Positions 45,171 through 54,967 of a stretch of DNA of 64,000 nucleotides are shown here, in pieces. This DNA comes from an uncultured Elusimicrobia bacterium (GTDB lineage Bacteria > Elusimicrobiota > Endomicrobiia > Endomicrobiales > CAIRNS01). The stretch lies in assembly GCA_903880015.1 (NCBI GenBank), contig CAIRNS010000022.1, positions 5,544 to 69,543 of the forward strand. The letters are read 5' to 3'. The notes beneath the pieces were generated by a model. That model was not told where the DNA came from, made no database searches, and saw nothing but the letters and a program-made list of their open reading frames with translations. Made by a program: the position numbers and the translations under genes. Each line of letters begins with the position of its first letter. The stretch's first letter is position 1.

Positions 45171-46442
45171 TTAGAAACGGAAACCGGCGCCGAATAGAAT
45201 CATGTTCGTTGACAAGGTGACTGAATCAGTATCGCCGCTGACGCCACCCCGGGTAAAGGAGAACATATTAGTCGTCGGACGGTATTCAGCAAACAACGAC
45301 GCCGTCGGACTAACAACCACCCTGATACCGACGGGAATGCGAAAGAGAAACCCGACCGACATCTCGCTGAACCCCTGACCGTAGGAACCGCTGGTGTAAC
45401 CGTAAATATACGGTGAAGAAATGGTGTTAAGCGTCATCCCGATTCCCAGTCCGACATACGGCTGAACCACCCCTTGCGAAAAGCGCAACAATAAATCGCC
45501 GGAAAGAAGTGTCAAAACGCTGACTTGCAAATAGTCATCGACATAAAAATTAAAATCATTTCCCTTGGAAGCACCGTTATAGTAAGCTTTCACGCCTGTT
45601 TGTTCCGCAAGGTGCTGTGAAAAATAGGATATTTCCATTGCACCGCCAAAATACTTTCCAAACCCGACAAAACGCACGCCAATCGGCATAATTGATTGTT
45701 TTGTCTGCGCACCTTTAAATTCAATCTTATTGTATACATTTCCGTTTAAATTGAGATTCAGGACAGGCCCGGTTATATGCCCGGGATTATTAAACGAAAA
45801 GTCCATAGAACCACTGGCATTCCCCAAGAATACATCAACAAATCCATGAGGTTTTATTTGAGACGGCGATGCTGATTTATATGTCGGCGCCGATTCATAT
45901 TGCTGCACAGGAGCAATTTCCTGTGAGGGCGCGGAGCCCTGAACTGCCGGGGGTAACGCTGTGTCAGACCATGTCTTTTTTACTTCCACTGAACAGGTAT
46001 TGAGCAATTCGGCAGTTTCCGTATTGATGGTTCGCGCATTGACTTCAACTTTTTCCTCGCCCGTTTCCATCAGAGTACCGGTTATGATAGCTTCCACCCC
46101 GAGTATTTTCCCCAGTTTTTTTGTAGTCTCGGCGTCTACTATTCCCGTTGATTCCAAATGCAGTTCCTGCATAACGCTTTCCAGAAGCTGGCGTTCGATT
46201 ACTTTGCAGTTCTTTAATTTAACGATGCGAGTCGTAAGCCGTTCAGCGATTATGACGCCGGCGTCGCTCTTGCGTTTGTCGACATAACTAAAAGGGATTA
46301 TGGCTATTTTGGGGGTTGTTGTAGCAATGTTTATCTCGGAGAGCTCGCGCGCCAGAATATCATATGAATCTTCGCGGGCCCCGGCAAAAGACACTGCGGA
46401 TAAAATAACTGCCAGCCCAATCACCATCCGACGATAATTCAT
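45171..46442 (-). CDS. Outer-membrane protein: FlgO/CsgG/LpoB-like N-terminal domain fused to a C-terminal beta-barrel
   Basis: 423 aa. Signal peptide, then IAIIPFSYVDKRKSDAGVIIAERLTTRIV...VIERQLL...EAIITGTL, then a P/S-rich linker, then a barrel ending GAGFRF. GAGGAG Shine-Dalgarno 5 nt before the ATG. Confidence 0.6.
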   Translation of the reverse strand: MNYRRMVIGLAVILSAVSFAGAREDSYDILARELSEINIATTTPKIAIIPFSYVDKRKSDAGVIIAERLTTRIVKLKNCKVIERQLLESVMQELHLESTGIVDAETTKKLGKILGVEAIITGTLMETGEEKVEVNARTINTETAELLNTCSVEVKKTWSDTALPPAVQGSAPSQEIAPVQQYESAPTYKSASPSQIKPHGFVDVFLGNASGSMDFSFNNPGHITGPVLNLNLNGNVYNKIEFKGAQTKQSIMPIGVRFVGFGKYFGGAMEISYFSQHLAEQTGVKAYYNGASKGNDFNFYVDDYLQVSVLTLLSGDLLLRFSQGVVQPYVGLGIGMTLNTISSPYIYGYTSGSYGQGFSEMSVGFLFRIPVGIRVVVSPTASLFAEYRPTTNMFSFTRGGVSGDTDSVTLSTNMILFGAGFRF

Positions 46443-46556
46443 GAACGCTCCTCAATGGATTGCACGGTAACGTTATAACAATTTTATTGTATCAAATATA
46501 GTAAGTGGAAACAACTTAAACTTGCCGGTTGTCGCGTTAACAAAATATCCGCAGGG

Positions 46557-48470
46557 TTATCCGCCGGACCTCATAAATAGGGCGCCCAAGGGGGGCAAGG
46601 TGAGGTTCAATGAAAAAGGACGATTTTGCACCGAAAAGATATCCGCGTGGAATCCGCCATAATTGCCCCGGTCTTCACCGCCATAGATGCGGGCGTCGCT
46701 GTTGGCGATTTCCCGCCACAGACCGCCGCGCGGGACCCCCACGCGGTAATCCGTTCTCACTATCGGAGCAAAGTTGAGCACACAGAGGACGATTTCTCCA
46801 CTTGTTTTTGCTTTGCGGATAAAACTGATAATGGAATGTTTTTCATCTCTAAAATCTATCCATTCAAAACCGGACACATCGCTGTCAATTTCGTACAGGG
46901 CCGGTTCGCTGCGATACATTCTGTTCAAATCCTGAACCCACCGCTGCATACCGCGGTGGAATGGGAATTCCTGCACATGCCACTCCAAACTTTCATCATG
47001 ATTCCATTCCCGCACCTGCCCGAATTCCGCACCCATAAAAAGTAGTTTTTTCCCAGGATGCCCATACATATACCCCATCAAAAGACGCAGTGTGGCGAAG
47101 CGCTGCCATTCGTCGCCGGGCATCTTGCCGAGCAAAGAACCTTTTCCGTGCGCTACTTCGTCATGCGACAACGGCAGAACGAAGTTTTCGGCAAACGCAT
47201 ACCACAGGCTGAATGTAAGCCGCTGGTGATGATGTTTCCGGAACACGGGATCAATTTTACAATAACTGAGCGTATCGTTCATCCACCCCATGTTCCATTT
47301 CATGCCGAACCCGAGACCGCCGAGATAGGTCGGTTTCGAGACCAGCGGCCAGGCAGTCGATTCTTCCGCGAATGTCTGCACATCGGGATAATTTTCATAG
47401 ACAACATAATTAAACCGTTTGAGGAATTCAACGGCTTCAAGATTTTCATTACCCCCATACTTATTGGGCATCCATTCGCCTGCTTTGCGCGAGTAGTCAA
47501 GATACAGCATGGACGCGACTGCGTCAACTCGGAGCCCGTCGATATGAAACACATCCAGCCAGTACAACGCACTCGAAAGCAGGAAATTTTTGATTTCATG
47601 CCGGCCATAGTTAAAAATACTGCTCTTCCAGTCGGGATGAAATCCCTGTCGGGAATCGGCATGTTCGTACAGATGTGTCCCATCGAAATACGACAACCCA
47701 TGCTGGTCGGTCGGGAAATGCGACGGGACCCAATCGATGATGACCCCGATGTCCGCCTGATGGAGTTGGTCTATGAGATACATAAAATCCTGCGGCGTAC
47801 CGTACCGGCTGGTCGGCGCAAAGTATCCCGTTGTCTGATACCCCCATGAACCGTAAAACGGGTGTTCCATAAGCGGCATGAACTCGATATGCGTAAACCC
47901 CATTTCGCGGCAATAATCGACAAGATATCCTGCCATTTCGCGGTACGAAAGCGACCGGTTTCCCTCTTGCGGCACACGGCGCCATGAACCGAAGTGAACT
48001 TCGTAGATTGACAGAGGACCGTCAATGCGGTTGCGGGTGTGGCGGGATTGCATCCACGAAGCATCAGCCCACTGATACTGCGTGGCCCGCACCAGTGACC
48101 CCGTTTTAGGAGGCGTTTCGCACAAACGAGCGAACGGGTCAGCTTTTTCAACAGAATAATTGTTGTGCTGGGAAACAATCCAGTACTTATAAATAAAATC
48201 TTGACCGACTCCGGCAATAAAACCTTCCCAAATCCCAGAGCCGTCCTGACGGACGAACAGCGCATGAGTATCGCGGTTCCAGCCGTTAAAGTCGCCGATA
48301 ACTGAAACCTGACGGGCATTGGGCGCCCAGACGGCGAAATAAGTGCCCGTAACGCCGTCAACCGTCATCAGGTGAGAACCAAAATGATTGTAGAGGCGGA
48401 AATGACTGCCCTCTTTGAACAGATAAATGTCCTGGTCGGTAAAACGCGAGGCGGGGATAACCGTTAACAT
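46557..48470 (-). CDS. glgB: 1,4-alpha-glucan branching enzyme
   Basis: 637 aa. CBM48 region FAVWAPNARQVSVIGDFNGWN and GH13 catalytic motifs (DGLRVDAV, ESTAWP). Confidence 0.95.
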   Translation of the reverse strand: MLTVIPASRFTDQDIYLFKEGSHFRLYNHFGSHLMTVDGVTGTYFAVWAPNARQVSVIGDFNGWNRDTHALFVRQDGSGIWEGFIAGVGQDFIYKYWIVSQHNNYSVEKADPFARLCETPPKTGSLVRATQYQWADASWMQSRHTRNRIDGPLSIYEVHFGSWRRVPQEGNRSLSYREMAGYLVDYCREMGFTHIEFMPLMEHPFYGSWGYQTTGYFAPTSRYGTPQDFMYLIDQLHQADIGVIIDWVPSHFPTDQHGLSYFDGTHLYEHADSRQGFHPDWKSSIFNYGRHEIKNFLLSSALYWLDVFHIDGLRVDAVASMLYLDYSRKAGEWMPNKYGGNENLEAVEFLKRFNYVVYENYPDVQTFAEESTAWPLVSKPTYLGGLGFGMKWNMGWMNDTLSYCKIDPVFRKHHHQRLTFSLWYAFAENFVLPLSHDEVAHGKGSLLGKMPGDEWQRFATLRLLMGYMYGHPGKKLLFMGAEFGQVREWNHDESLEWHVQEFPFHRGMQRWVQDLNRMYRSEPALYEIDSDVSGFEWIDFRDEKHSIISFIRKAKTSGEIVLCVLNFAPIVRTDYRVGVPRGGLWREIANSDARIYGGEDRGNYGGFHADIFSVQNRPFSLNLTLPPLGALFMRSGG

Positions 48471-48476
48471 ATGCCG

Positions 48477-49436
48477 CTATTCCTTTTGGACTGTATTCTT
48501 TAATTGCACCGTATATTTTTCAATCATCCGCGCCGGCTGATAGGACTCTTTTGCTTTTCGCAAACCCGCAATGCCCATATCTTCCTCGCGGTTGATATAC
48601 CGCACGGCCGGGGGCAGATGAGCGCAGAAAAGCTGATTGATCATCTGGTAGGCACCTTTATACGATACTAAAGCATTTTCGTGATGAACTATGGCCGTCG
48701 ACCAACATCCGTCATCGTAAAGAAATTTATCCGTCACCGTTCCCAGCGTTGCCGCAACCACCACCCCGTCAACCGTCAACATCCCCCCCAGCACATTCAA
48801 ATCTTGGGAATGGTCCAGCAGGCGGCACGCCAGACAATACGCTGCTTCCCCCAGCATTTCGTTTTTCCGGTCGAAATGCCACCGATTGATGAAATCATAT
48901 GCAGCAGCAATGTTCTCGGGCTTCAGCGGTTCGTAGGCATACGCGTAGGCTTTCTTAAACTGCTGGATAAGGTTGCGTTTCGGCGCGTACTTCTGTCCGC
49001 TGAGGGCAACAAGGTCTTCGCGCAAATACACATAGTCAAAACTGTCGCGGTCAGGCGCTATATCGAACGCGTCCAACGGAAAATGTTTGAGATACGCAGC
49101 CGGAACAAAGCGAAATATTACGGTATAATCATTGTCCAACCCGTACTGCGTAAGAACGCACGCCAGGGCAAGAAACGAATGTCCATACTGCGCATCTTCA
49201 AAAGAACCTTCACGGAGCAACGGGGGCAAAAAGACCATGGTGTTGTCTTGCATGTAATAAACCAGCAGGAATTTTTCAAGGGAACAATAATAGTAATTGA
49301 AGTGATTCTGCCAGCCGAACAGAGATGAAAATACCGTATCGCTGGTGGAGGGCGCAGCAGTGCGGTAGGCATCGTCAAAAAAGTGTTTGCTCGCAATATC
49401 AATCAGCGAGAATTGAGGAAAGACAGGGATATTCAT
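48477..49436 (-). CDS. DUF2156-like (MprF C-terminal / GNAT-fold) protein
   Basis: 319 aa. N-terminal FSSLFGWQNHFNYYY, with size and pattern reminiscent of standalone lysyl-PG-synthase C-domain homologs. Assignment by recollection only. Confidence 0.45.
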   Translation of the reverse strand: MNIPVFPQFSLIDIASKHFFDDAYRTAAPSTSDTVFSSLFGWQNHFNYYYCSLEKFLLVYYMQDNTMVFLPPLLREGSFEDAQYGHSFLALACVLTQYGLDNDYTVIFRFVPAAYLKHFPLDAFDIAPDRDSFDYVYLREDLVALSGQKYAPKRNLIQQFKKAYAYAYEPLKPENIAAAYDFINRWHFDRKNEMLGEAAYCLACRLLDHSQDLNVLGGMLTVDGVVVAATLGTVTDKFLYDDGCWSTAIVHHENALVSYKGAYQMINQLFCAHLPPAVRYINREEDMGIAGLRKAKESYQPARMIEKYTVQLKNTVQKE

Positions 49437-49443
49437 AGTTCGC

Positions 49444-52400
49444 TCAAGCGGTCAGTTCTTTTATCAATGTATCGCATTGCTTCCCGCGGGTAATATCCAG
49501 CTCTTTTGCCTTTTTCAGGTTACCTACCGCCGCCTCTTTATCGCCCTTTTTCGCCTGTGCTTCCCCCAGCCCGAAATAGGCAGCGGCATATCGGGGATTG
49601 AGCTCGATAGCTTTTGAAAAATCCTGCATAGCGCGGTCACTATCCTGCCGGGATGAAAAGATGACCCCGCGGTTGTAAAATGCCCCCGCAAAGGAGGGGC
49701 TGATAGCAATCGCGGCATTAAAATCACCGAGAGCTTCTTCAAGCATTTCCTTCTTTTGATAGGCAATGCCGCGATTGATATAGCTTTGGGAATAGCCGGG
49801 GTCAACGGCAATCGCACGGGTAAAACTGACTATCGCCGCATCGGTATCCGATTTCTTCAAACTATTAATGCCAGCATTATAGTGGAACATAACATCTTTT
49901 GATGAGCTCTCTGCCGACTTTGTAAGAACATCTTTTTTCGCCACGAGAGGTACCTGACGGACCGGAAAAACCGGTTTTGCGATTGATGGACCCGGCACTG
50001 AGACAGGATTCACGGCCCCGCTCGGGATGGCGGTCGTCTTCTGCACAACAGCAACGGGGGGCGGTATTTTTTTTATCGGGACAGAAACCGGAACAGATAT
50101 CGCCGGTTTCAGCTGAACAATTTTTTCAGGTGTCTGTTTTACCGGTCGTGACTGAGAGACAGGTTCACTGATTTGCGCATAGAAAGCAACGGCAAAGTCA
50201 GTCGTTGCTATATTGGGATCAAGATTTACAGCTTTATCTATGTCCACTTTCGCTTTTTTCTTTTCATCCATACGGGAATATGCCTGTGCGCGAGAAAAAT
50301 AGCATGCAGCATTTTCCGGTTCACGGTCAATCGCCTTGGCATAATATTTCACCGCTTCGCCATAGGATCCGGCGCGGGAAAACAATCCTGCACGCGCTTT
50401 CAGGGCGTCAACGAGTTTGCTGTCAATTTTTAGTGCGGCGTCATAATCTTTCGCCGCTTCCTCAAATTGATTTATCCGTTCATAAACAACACCGCGACGA
50501 ACATAGCTCTGCGCATCTTTCGCGGCCCCTGTCAACACGCGATTTAAATCGCTTATCGCATTGTCGTTGTCTTGCACAGCTTCATAGCCAGCAGCCCGTG
50601 TTAGGAGGAGTTCGCTGTCTACAAGTCCGGCGGAAAACGCAAGGGAAAGATCTGTAATAGAATCGTTAAAACGCCCGATTTTGAAGTACGACATTCCCCT
50701 GGCCCTCATGAGCGCAGGATCCACCATACCCCGCTGAGACGCAGCATTATAATCGTTCACGGCCCTGATGTCGTCACCGGCTTTTGCATAGGCAATGCCG
50801 CGCTGGTAATAACTTTCCGATTTGCCAGGATCAAGCGATAATGCGCGGGTAAAATCATCAACAGCACTCTGGTAAACACCTGCAGAAAGCTGATAGATAC
50901 CGCGCTGAAAATACGCTTCAGGATCGTCCTTTCCCCACCGTAATGCCTCATCAAGGTCTTTTTGCGCGCCTTTTTTGTCGCCCTTTTTTAGCGCCGCCAT
51001 GCTGCGGGCAAGATACAATCCTGCGTTCTTAGGATCAAGTTTCAATGCGTCGGAAAAATCCCGATGAGCACTGTTAAACCGGCTCTGCATCATATGGATT
51101 TTCCCGCGCGCTTCAAACGCGGCTATGCATTTCTGATTATATTTTATCGCTGCCGCATAGTCGTCGAGGGCATCATTTAGTTTGTTTTTTTGCATATAGA
51201 GCGGCGCGCGCTTTAGGTACAGAGCATAATCTTTGGGTTTATTCTTTATCTCTCTGTCCAATTCATCAAGCCGCTGAGAGATATTTCCGTACAATTCATC
51301 TGGATGAACAATCTTTTGCGATAGGACGACGATTGTGGGGACAGGAGCTGCCGGGTCCGTTGTCGGTTCTGAGACCGGTTCTGAGACCGGCTCTGAAATC
51401 GGGTCCGTTGTCGGTTCTGAGACCGGTTCTGAGACCGGCGCTGAAATCAGTTCCGTTGCTGGTTCCGGGGATGATTCTGAGGCTGGCACAAATGGCGAAT
51501 CTTCCTTGGGCATTTCCGTAGTGGCGGGAGGATGAATGGATATTTTTTCTGCGGGTGGCGCAGAAACCTGAATTTCACCCTGCATCGCCTCAATTTCCGT
51601 CAATGTTTTAGGTACGGGCACCGATGGCTGAGGAGGTGGCACTGCCACAACAACAGGCACCGGCACGGGCACAGGAGCGGGTAGAGGCGTTGGGGGTACT
51701 ATCTGCAACTGAACCGGCGGCGGAACATTGACAACTTGCTGAACAATCACCAAATCTTCAATGTATTTTTTGCATTCGGTGACTGCGGGATTGGCAAGGG
51801 TGAACGCCTCCTGCGGGTCGAGTGCAATGGCGGCATCGTAATCCTTGAGAGCGAGCACATTTTTCCCAGTGTTGCGGTGCCCTAATCCCCGGTAATAAAA
51901 CGCCCGCGCGCTTGCGGGCTGGAGTTCAATCGCCTTGTTTAAATCAGCTATCGCTTTTTCGTTCTCTTCACCGGCAAGAAATATCAGCGACCGCTGAAGA
52001 TAAATTTCAAAATTGTCCGCGTCATAATTGATGGCGCTGTTATAATCGGCTAACGCAAGTTCCATATCGCCGTTAAGCGTATAACATTCGGCACGCCGCA
52101 AATACGAAGGCACATGCGCGGGCTGATATTCAATGCTCTTGGTATAATCGCTCACGGCTTCAGGCATTGTTCCCTGTTTCTGATGGAGAGTTCCCCGCAA
52201 GAAATAGACAGTCCCCAGCCGCGGATCTATCGCCAGCGCATGGGAATAATCCTTTATCGCATCAACGGCCCTTCCCATGTTTTCATATTGGGCACCGCGT
52301 ATTGTGTACTGGCTTGCGTTTTCCGGATCCGCAGCGATAGCCATCGAAAAAGAATTGATGGCGCTGACAGCGTCACCTTTGGCGTTGTGCGCGTATCCCC

Positions 52401-53922
52401 GCGCGATAAACAGATTGGGGTCTTTATATCCAAGATCGAACGCCTGCGACAAATCTGTCAACGCTTCTTCAGTGCTTCCTTTATGTGTCCGCGACAACCC
52501 ACGCAAGTAGTATGCTTCGGCATACTTGTTGTTGAGAGCGATTGCCCGGGTAAAATCAGCTTCGGCTTCAGCGTTCTTTTTCTCCGCGATATAGGACTTG
52601 CCGCGCGCAAGAAGAATTGTTCCGTCGTTTATCCCTCCCGCAATCGCACGGGTGAACTGGATTGCTGCGCGGGCGTGATCGCCCGCCGCTGCATACGCTT
52701 TGCCGAGGTGATGATACGCTTCAATCATTTTGGGATTTATCTCGACCACTTTTGAAAAATCTTCAATAGCGCCCGGAACATCATTTTGATTAACGGCAAT
52801 CAACCCGCGCGCATAATACGCTTCGGCTGATGCAAGGTTGATAGAAATCGCTTTTGCAAAATCACGCACTGCCGACGGTTCATCGCCGCTGACCGCAAGG
52901 ATGATCGCCCGGAAAAGATAGGCGAAAAAGTAGTCGGGCGTCAGGGCAATAGCGTGGCGAACATCTTCAAGCGCGTGAGAAAAATTGTTTTTTTCGAAAT
53001 AACAGTTAGCCCGTGCAAGATATGCAAGGGAAAAACGCGGATTCATATCGATAGCGGCATTATATTCCTTGATGGCTTTTTCATAATGCCCTTCATAACG
53101 GTGAAAATTGGCTAAGTTATAAAATGCAAAAAAATCATTGGGGCAAAGATCTATCGCCGTTTGAAAATCTTCCGCAGCCCGCTCTTCCTCAAGCTTTTTT
53201 CGGTACGCAATACCGCGGTTGTTATAGGCAAACCAGTCATCGGGCTTCAGCGCAATCGCCTGATTGAAATCTTCAATGGCGTTGTCCAGCAAGTTCTTGC
53301 TGCGGTAGGCGATGCCGCGGTTATTGTACGAATAATCATCGCTCGGGTTAAGCTCGATGGATTTCGTAAAATCGACTATTGCGCGGTCGTTGTCCCGCAT
53401 CATGCGGTAGGTGAGCCCCCGCCCGTAATAGGCGGCAGCAAGCTGGGGATTCAATTGCAGGGCTGCGCTGAAGTTATCGAGTGCCTTTTGATAATCTCCC
53501 TGACGGCGATAGGCGGCGCCCAATCCATTAAATGCGGTTGAGTTCTGAGGATTGATTGCAATGGCATCCTTGAAATCGGCTATTGCGGCTTCGCTGCTGC
53601 CTTGCAAAGCATAGCTGTCTCCGCGGGCTATATAGACGAACTGAAAATGACTGTCAATGGACAGCGAACGCGTAAAATCTTTTATGGCATCTTCATAATC
53701 GCCCTGCGAGGAATAAATAAGCCCCCGGTTGTAATAAGCCGATGCGTCTTGCGGGTTCATCAGAATGGCTTTGTCATATTCCCTGATTGCAATGCTCAGC
53801 TCAGCGCGCCGCTGAGCATTCAGGTTTTTCTTAAACGGAATGACAGAATTCTCGGGGTTTAGTTCGATGAATTCTATCTGCTGATCAATGAATTTTTGAA
53901 TGTACTTATGCAATTTTTCCAT
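49444..53922 (-). CDS. Very large TPR-repeat protein (about 1490 aa) with two Pro-rich linkers
   Basis: Dozens of 34-aa TPR units (AxxYYNRGxAY...). The track start at 54033 is a TTG inside csaB. The ATG at 53920-53922 (MEKLHKY) has a GAGGTG Shine-Dalgarno 5 nt upstream. Confidence 0.85.
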   Translation of the reverse strand: MEKLHKYIQKFIDQQIEFIELNPENSVIPFKKNLNAQRRAELSIAIREYDKAILMNPQDASAYYNRGLIYSSQGDYEDAIKDFTRSLSIDSHFQFVYIARGDSYALQGSSEAAIADFKDAIAINPQNSTAFNGLGAAYRRQGDYQKALDNFSAALQLNPQLAAAYYGRGLTYRMMRDNDRAIVDFTKSIELNPSDDYSYNNRGIAYRSKNLLDNAIEDFNQAIALKPDDWFAYNNRGIAYRKKLEEERAAEDFQTAIDLCPNDFFAFYNLANFHRYEGHYEKAIKEYNAAIDMNPRFSLAYLARANCYFEKNNFSHALEDVRHAIALTPDYFFAYLFRAIILAVSGDEPSAVRDFAKAISINLASAEAYYARGLIAVNQNDVPGAIEDFSKVVEINPKMIEAYHHLGKAYAAAGDHARAAIQFTRAIAGGINDGTILLARGKSYIAEKKNAEAEADFTRAIALNNKYAEAYYLRGLSRTHKGSTEEALTDLSQAFDLGYKDPNLFIARGYAHNAKGDAVSAINSFSMAIAADPENASQYTIRGAQYENMGRAVDAIKDYSHALAIDPRLGTVYFLRGTLHQKQGTMPEAVSDYTKSIEYQPAHVPSYLRRAECYTLNGDMELALADYNSAINYDADNFEIYLQRSLIFLAGEENEKAIADLNKAIELQPASARAFYYRGLGHRNTGKNVLALKDYDAAIALDPQEAFTLANPAVTECKKYIEDLVIVQQVVNVPPPVQLQIVPPTPLPAPVPVPVPVVVAVPPPQPSVPVPKTLTEIEAMQGEIQVSAPPAEKISIHPPATTEMPKEDSPFVPASESSPEPATELISAPVSEPVSEPTTDPISEPVSEPVSEPTTDPAAPVPTIVVLSQKIVHPDELYGNISQRLDELDREIKNKPKDYALYLKRAPLYMQKNKLNDALDDYAAAIKYNQKCIAAFEARGKIHMMQSRFNSAHRDFSDALKLDPKNAGLYLARSMAALKKGDKKGAQKDLDEALRWGKDDPEAYFQRGIYQLSAGVYQSAVDDFTRALSLDPGKSESYYQRGIAYAKAGDDIRAVNDYNAASQRGMVDPALMRARGMSYFKIGRFNDSITDLSLAFSAGLVDSELLLTRAAGYEAVQDNDNAISDLNRVLTGAAKDAQSYVRRGVVYERINQFEEAAKDYDAALKIDSKLVDALKARAGLFSRAGSYGEAVKYYAKAIDREPENAACYFSRAQAYSRMDEKKKAKVDIDKAVNLDPNIATTDFAVAFYAQISEPVSQSRPVKQTPEKIVQLKPAISVPVSVPIKKIPPPVAVVQKTTAIPSGAVNPVSVPGPSIAKPVFPVRQVPLVAKKDVLTKSAESSSKDVMFHYNAGINSLKKSDTDAAIVSFTRAIAVDPGYSQSYINRGIAYQKKEMLEEALGDFNAAIAISPSFAGAFYNRGVIFSSRQDSDRAMQDFSKAIELNPRYAAAYFGLGEAQAKKGDKEAAVGNLKKAKELDITRGKQCDTLIKELTA
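51353..51448. repeat. Coding 48-nt tandem repeat (2 copies, 1 mismatch) with an internal 12-nt sub-repeat
   Basis: 51353-51400 and 51401-51448 differ at one base. They encode the (SEPV)n-SEPTTDPI low-complexity linker of the TPR protein. A degenerate third copy follows. Confidence 0.9.
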
Positions 53923-54967
53923 CTGCCACCTCTGCAAACAATAATTCTGCCGACCGACGGGCGCGGTTTTTAAATACGGGTAGAACCTTGCGGGCGTTGG
54001 CGCGGAAATCATCCCGCCATTCCCACACATCAAGAACTACCGCCAGTAAGCTATAGTGGTTATAAGCGTCAAGACAGTCAATATTTTTCTGCCCCATCTC
54101 CCGCAAAAATCGTCCGATCTTCGGATCGTCAGAAATACCGATCTGGGGAATACCGAACAATGCCGATACGATCAATGCATGCAATCGCTGACTGATAACC
54201 ATGTCCGTTTTGGAAAGGATGCCGTACAGTTCACGAAAGTTCTCCCAGCCGACTATTTTTGCCGGAGATCGCATCGCACCCATCACTTGCCGGGCGAATG
54301 GCGCATCGTGGCGCGGATAAAACGGCACAAAGAGTATCTCGGCCGATAAGCGCTGAGCGAGATTATCCGCAAGTTTTGAAAATAATTCTATCGGCAAGGG
54401 CCCCCTCAAAGGCGGCCGCAACACAAAAACGATCCGTGGATGGTCAGCTTTGAGCTTGATGACCGGTAAATCATGCAAAAGGACAGGGTCGGCGGTCACC
54501 TCTATCGGCGCACTGCAGCCCCATGACACAAGCAATTCCCGGGAACTCTCTTCTCGGACAGTAATACTATGCGCCAGCGACAACACTCGGGACGCGGCGA
54601 AGCGGTTGAACCATCTGAGATCATTGACTCCCGCAGCATACACAAACACCTTTTTGCCGAGTAATCGTGCGATTGCGATGATGGTTAGATAATAGTACAG
54701 GCTCCCTGAGCCGGTCCTGTCCTGAAACAGTCCCCCGCCGCCTGAGATGACCACATCAGCGGCAAGTATTGATCGGACTATTGACGCCCAGTGCCATCGG
54801 TCTATGGATTTCACGCCGTGTAACTGCTCTGTTTTTTGCGGATCCCCCGAGAGCACGGTAACAGTACTGCCGGAATCCCGAGCCCGTACTTCGGCAAGGA
54901 TCGATTCCAGTATCATTTCATCGCCGGCATTATTAAACCCATAGTATCCAGAAATAACCACATTCAT
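53906..54967 (-). CDS. csaB: Polysaccharide pyruvyl transferase CsaB
   Basis: 353 aa. N-terminal MNVVISGYYGFNNAGDEMILESIL, GGGGLFQD, QRLHALI. Confidence 0.85.
   Translation of the reverse strand: MNVVISGYYGFNNAGDEMILESILAEVRARDSGSTVTVLSGDPQKTEQLHGVKSIDRWHWASIVRSILAADVVISGGGGLFQDRTGSGSLYYYLTIIAIARLLGKKVFVYAAGVNDLRWFNRFAASRVLSLAHSITVREESSRELLVSWGCSAPIEVTADPVLLHDLPVIKLKADHPRIVFVLRPPLRGPLPIELFSKLADNLAQRLSAEILFVPFYPRHDAPFARQVMGAMRSPAKIVGWENFRELYGILSKTDMVISQRLHALIVSALFGIPQIGISDDPKIGRFLREMGQKNIDCLDAYNHYSLLAVVLDVWEWRDDFRANARKVLPVFKNRARRSAELLFAEVADGKIA

Noticed and set aside
47058-47849. Long plus-strand ORFs. Examples: 47058-47849 (263 aa), 48681-49328 (215 aa), 52114-52755 (213 aa), 56275-56895 (206 aa), 33736-34320 (194 aa), 12683-13234 (183 aa), 14514-15038 (174 aa), 9652-10116 (154 aa).
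   Set aside because: Each lies entirely antisense to a longer minus-strand gene with clear family motifs (glgB, DUF2156-like, TPR, membrane protein, giant gene, tilS, phosphoesterase, folP). Their translations are low-complexity, Arg/Cys/His-rich and motif-free, which is typical of shadow ORFs.
51353-51448. Tandem direct repeats, checked as a possible CRISPR array or minisatellite.
   Set aside because: There are only two and a bit contiguous copies with no spacers. They lie in-frame inside the TPR gene and encode an SEPV/TDP linker, so this is a coding tandem duplication and not a CRISPR array.
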